Assembly: GCA_965250005.1 (NCBI GenBank)
Contig: OZ252279.1
Location: 1,110,001 to 1,142,000, forward strand
Reading direction: 5' to 3'
Length of the DNA: 32,000 nt
Source: Demequinaceae bacterium
GTDB taxonomy: Bacteria > Actinomycetota > Actinomycetes > Actinomycetales > Demequinaceae
Part shown: piece after piece, positions 29,244 to 32,000 of the stretch
How the letters are laid out: each line of letters starts with the position of its first letter
How positions within the stretch are numbered: the first letter of the stretch is position 1
Made by a program: the position numbers and the translations under genes
The notes under the pieces: generated by a model
The model's input: the letters and a program-made list of their open reading frames with translations, nothing else
The model's database searches: none
Told to the model about the DNA's origin: nothing

Positions 29244-30022
29244 TCGCGGCTCGCCTTTGTCGGGTTGGAGGTGGTGGCCTTCTTCGACTCCCGCTTTGCC
29301 TTCGCGATCCCACTCTTGACTGGCTTCTTTCGCTTGCCGCGTACCGGGATGTCATCAAGGTCCGGAAGCTCCGGCGGTTCGAGACCGACCTTTGCTAGGG
29401 CCTTGTCCACGATTACGCCAAGGATGACGCCACCGACCACTCCAACAACAACCGAGAAGAGCAGGCGACCCTCGAAAAGGCTTCCGGCGAACAACCCAAG
29501 CGCCACACCGTACGTGGCCCAGATGACCGCCGCGACGGCGTCAATCCCCATGAACCGGCGGCGGGGATATCGCAAGGCGCCTGCGGTCAAGTTCATCGCG
29601 ATGCGGCCACCCGGAACGAACCGCGCCGCAATGATGAAGGAAACGCCGCGGTTTTCGAGCGCGTGCTCGGCCCAGTCGGCCAACGCATGCCCGCGTGCAG
29701 ACGACATCCCCGGGATGCGCCGAACATTGATGAATGTCCCGATCGTGTACGCGATTTGATCGCCACACCACGCGCCGAGCATCGCGGCGAGCCAGACGAG
29801 CCAAATCACCGGGGTCCCTGTCTGCGCCCATGCGGTCGAGGTCGCGATGACCACTGACTCGGAGGGCACCACGGGAACTATCGCGTCCGTAAGCGACAAC
29901 CCAAAGACGCTCGGGTATATCCACGCGGACTCGGTGAGCGTGAGAATGTGCTCCTCAGTCGCGGCCTCGAACCCGGATATCCAGGCCCAAGTATCTGCCC
30001 ACCATCCGCCAGGCTCGCTCAC
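29240..30022 (-). CDS. DedA/SNARE-associated (VTT) family membrane protein
   Basis: [52 protein letters not shown], Lys/Arg-rich C-terminal tail. Confidence 0.88.
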   Translation of the reverse strand: MSEPGGWWADTWAWISGFEAATEEHILTLTESAWIYPSVFGLSLTDAIVPVVPSESVVIATSTAWAQTGTPVIWLVWLAAMLGAWCGDQIAYTIGTFINVRRIPGMSSARGHALADWAEHALENRGVSFIIAARFVPGGRIAMNLTAGALRYPRRRFMGIDAVAAVIWATYGVALGLFAGSLFEGRLLFSVVVGVVGGVILGVIVDKALAKVGLEPPELPDLDDIPVRGKRKKPVKSGIAKAKRESKKATTSNPTKASRD

Positions 30023-31386
30023 TCGAGATCTAACTGCTTCGCGACGACGTCAGCAAGTTGCTGTGCGGTGGCGCGAGCTTCATCTTGAGTTTCAGCCTCG
30101 ACCATAACCCGCACCAACGGCTCGGTCCCTGACGGACGGAGCAGCACTCGGCCGGCGTCGCCGAGCTTGGCTCGTGTTGCGGCGACGGCCGCCTGGAGTG
30201 TCTCGTCCGTGTCCACGCGCGCCCGATCAACATTTGCTACGTTGATGAGTTCCTGGGGCAATGGCGCGATCACAGCGCAAAGGGTCTTCAGGGGCTGCTG
30301 CACACGAGCGACCTCTGCGGCCAGCAAGAGAGCGGTGAGCACGCCGTCGCCGGTAGTCGCAAATTCAGAGACGATCACATGGCCCGACTGCTCCGCGCCG
30401 AGCGAGTAGCCTCCCGCACGCATGGCTTCGAGCACGTAGCGGTCGCCAACCGGAGCCGTAATCACTTCAATTCCGGCGTTGCGCATCGCGCGGTGAAGCG
30501 CGAGATTGCTCATCACTGTTGCCACGAGCGTGTCCGCGTAGAGAGTGCCCGAACGCTTCATTGAACTGGCGAGCACACCCATAATCTGGTCACCGTCAAC
30601 GCTATTGCCTTCGTGATCAACCGCGAGACACCTGTCAGCGTCCCCGTCAAAGGCGACACCGAGGTCGGCTCCGGCCGCAATCACGGCCGTCTGGAGCCCC
30701 TCCAAGTGGGTTGAGCCGACGCCGTCGTTGATGTTGCGGCCGTCCGGCGCAGCATTGGTGACCGTGACGTTTGCGCCGGCTGCCTTGAGCGCCGCAGGCC
30801 CCACTTTGCTGGCAGCGCCATTTGCTGCGTCGACAACAACCGATACCCCACGCAAAGGTTGGTCCTTGCCAGCAAATTTTTGCGCGGCTGCAACGACGTG
30901 CCTGACGTATTCCTGCTCGAGGTCACTCGCGCTATCGATGTTTCCGACATCTTCGCCAATGGGGCGCTCCCAATCTTGGCCGATGCGTTCCTCAATCGCC
31001 GCCTCGATCGCGTCGTCAAGCTTGTGCCCGCCGCGGGAGAAGAATTTTATGCCATTGTCGGGCATAGCGTTGTGTGACGCGGAGATAGCGACGCCGAGGT
31101 CTGCCCCCGTCGACGCGACCAAGTAGGCGATTCCTGGCGTTGGCAAGACGCCAACGTCTATGACGTCGACGCCCGCACTCGCGAGCCCCGCGCTCACGGC
31201 ACCGCTCAGCATTGGCCCGGACAGACGCGTGTCGCGCCCGACAATCGCGCGCGGCCGATGGCCAGAGAACTCGCCGCGCGCGTTGAGCTCGTGGGCAGCG
31301 CATACCGCAAGACTTAGCGCGAGTTCTGCAGTGACCTCGCGATTCGCGAGGCCACGAACTCCGTCCGTCCCAAACAGTCGCGCCAT
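30019..31386 (-). CDS. glmM: phosphoglucosamine mutase
   Basis: [22 protein letters not shown] at 31386, [47 protein letters not shown]. Confidence 0.98.
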   Translation of the reverse strand: MARLFGTDGVRGLANREVTAELALSLAVCAAHELNARGEFSGHRPRAIVGRDTRLSGPMLSGAVSAGLASAGVDVIDVGVLPTPGIAYLVASTGADLGVAISASHNAMPDNGIKFFSRGGHKLDDAIEAAIEERIGQDWERPIGEDVGNIDSASDLEQEYVRHVVAAAQKFAGKDQPLRGVSVVVDAANGAASKVGPAALKAAGANVTVTNAAPDGRNINDGVGSTHLEGLQTAVIAAGADLGVAFDGDADRCLAVDHEGNSVDGDQIMGVLASSMKRSGTLYADTLVATVMSNLALHRAMRNAGIEVITAPVGDRYVLEAMRAGGYSLGAEQSGHVIVSEFATTGDGVLTALLLAAEVARVQQPLKTLCAVIAPLPQELINVANVDRARVDTDETLQAAVAATRAKLGDAGRVLLRPSGTEPLVRVMVEAETQDEARATAQQLADVVAKQLDLE

Positions 31387-31396
31387 GCGCGCAATG

Positions 31397-32000
31397 CTAT
31401 CGCTTGGAGTACTGCGGAGCGCGACGGGCCTTTTTGAGACCTGCCTTCTTCCGTTCGACTGCACGCGCGTCGCGCGTAAGGAAGCCAGCGCTCTTAAGTT
31501 CGGCTCGGTTGGCTTCGCCGTCGATCTCGTTGAGGGCACGTGCCACGCCGAGGCGCAGGGCACCGGCCTGGCCTGAGGGCCCACCGCCCGTAATGCGAGC
31601 ATGCACGTCGAACTTGTCCTCGATGTCGAGAAGCGCAAACGGGCTGTTGACGAGCTGCTGGTGAACTTTGTTCGGGAAGTAGGTGTCGAGATCGCGGCCG
31701 TTGAGGAGCCACTGCCCGCTTCCAGGAACTAGGCGCACGCGCGCGACGGCTTCCTTGCGGCGGCCAAGGCCCGCACCGGGCTCGATGGCGGACTGTCCGA
31801 GACCGCGCTCGCGCACCGTCTCCGTTGAATACTCGGGCGCGCCTTCACCCTCAACGGGTGCGCTTGACACGGGTGCGCCCTCTTCTGGAGTTGCCGCTGC
31901 TTCCGGAGCTGCGGCTGCGGTGGTCTGGACCTCAGTGGCTTTGACCTCAGCGGCCTCGACCTCAGTGGTCTCGGGCATGGTCTCGTTCGTTGCTTCAGGC
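31397..32000 (-). CDS. rpsI: 30S ribosomal protein S9 with acidic N-terminal extension, probably truncated by the right window edge
   Basis: [17 protein letters not shown]...[18 protein letters not shown]...[15 protein letters not shown]. The track places a start at 31978, but the frame stays open to 32000 with no SD before that ATG. Confidence 0.95.
   Translation of the reverse strand, partial: PEATNETMPETTEVEAAEVKATEVQTTAAAAPEAAATPEEGAPVSSAPVEGEGAPEYSTETVRERGLGQSAIEPGAGLGRRKEAVARVRLVPGSGQWLLNGRDLDTYFPNKVHQQLVNSPFALLDIEDKFDVHARITGGGPSGQAGALRLGVARALNEIDGEANRAELKSAGFLTRDARAVERKKAGLKKARRAPQYSKR

Overview
This 32 kb window looks like a high-GC actinobacterial housekeeping region. From the order of its recognisable products it broadly matches the mycobacterial guaA to rpsI neighbourhood. 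I found about 27 supportable CDS. (1) Three membrane GGDEF proteins surround guaA, a DUF3817-like protein and a SURF1 protein; one GGDEF gene sits in an overlapping stop/start chain that ends in guaA. (2) pta-ackA and an ABC-F ATPase, separated by a 489-nt non-coding region with several perfect or near-perfect hairpins. (3) GuaB3-type paralog, DEDDh exonuclease, guaB, whiB, and groES preceded by a perfect CIRCE operator but with no adjacent groEL. (4) A THUMP-like methyltransferase, GH3 hydrolase, tsaD, an oppositely oriented RutE-like nitroreductase, then rimI-tsaB-tsaE-alr-acpS-glmS. (5) coaA, DedA, glmM and rpsI. I saw no tRNA/rRNA, CRISPR array, transposase, phage gene, toxin-antitoxin or defence cassette. 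I do not think a wholly novel system is demonstrated. The best leads are the guaA-coupled triple diguanylate cyclase cluster, the orphan CIRCE-groES locus, the structured ackA/ABC-F intergenic region, and the interlocked CTAG stop codons at convergent junctions.
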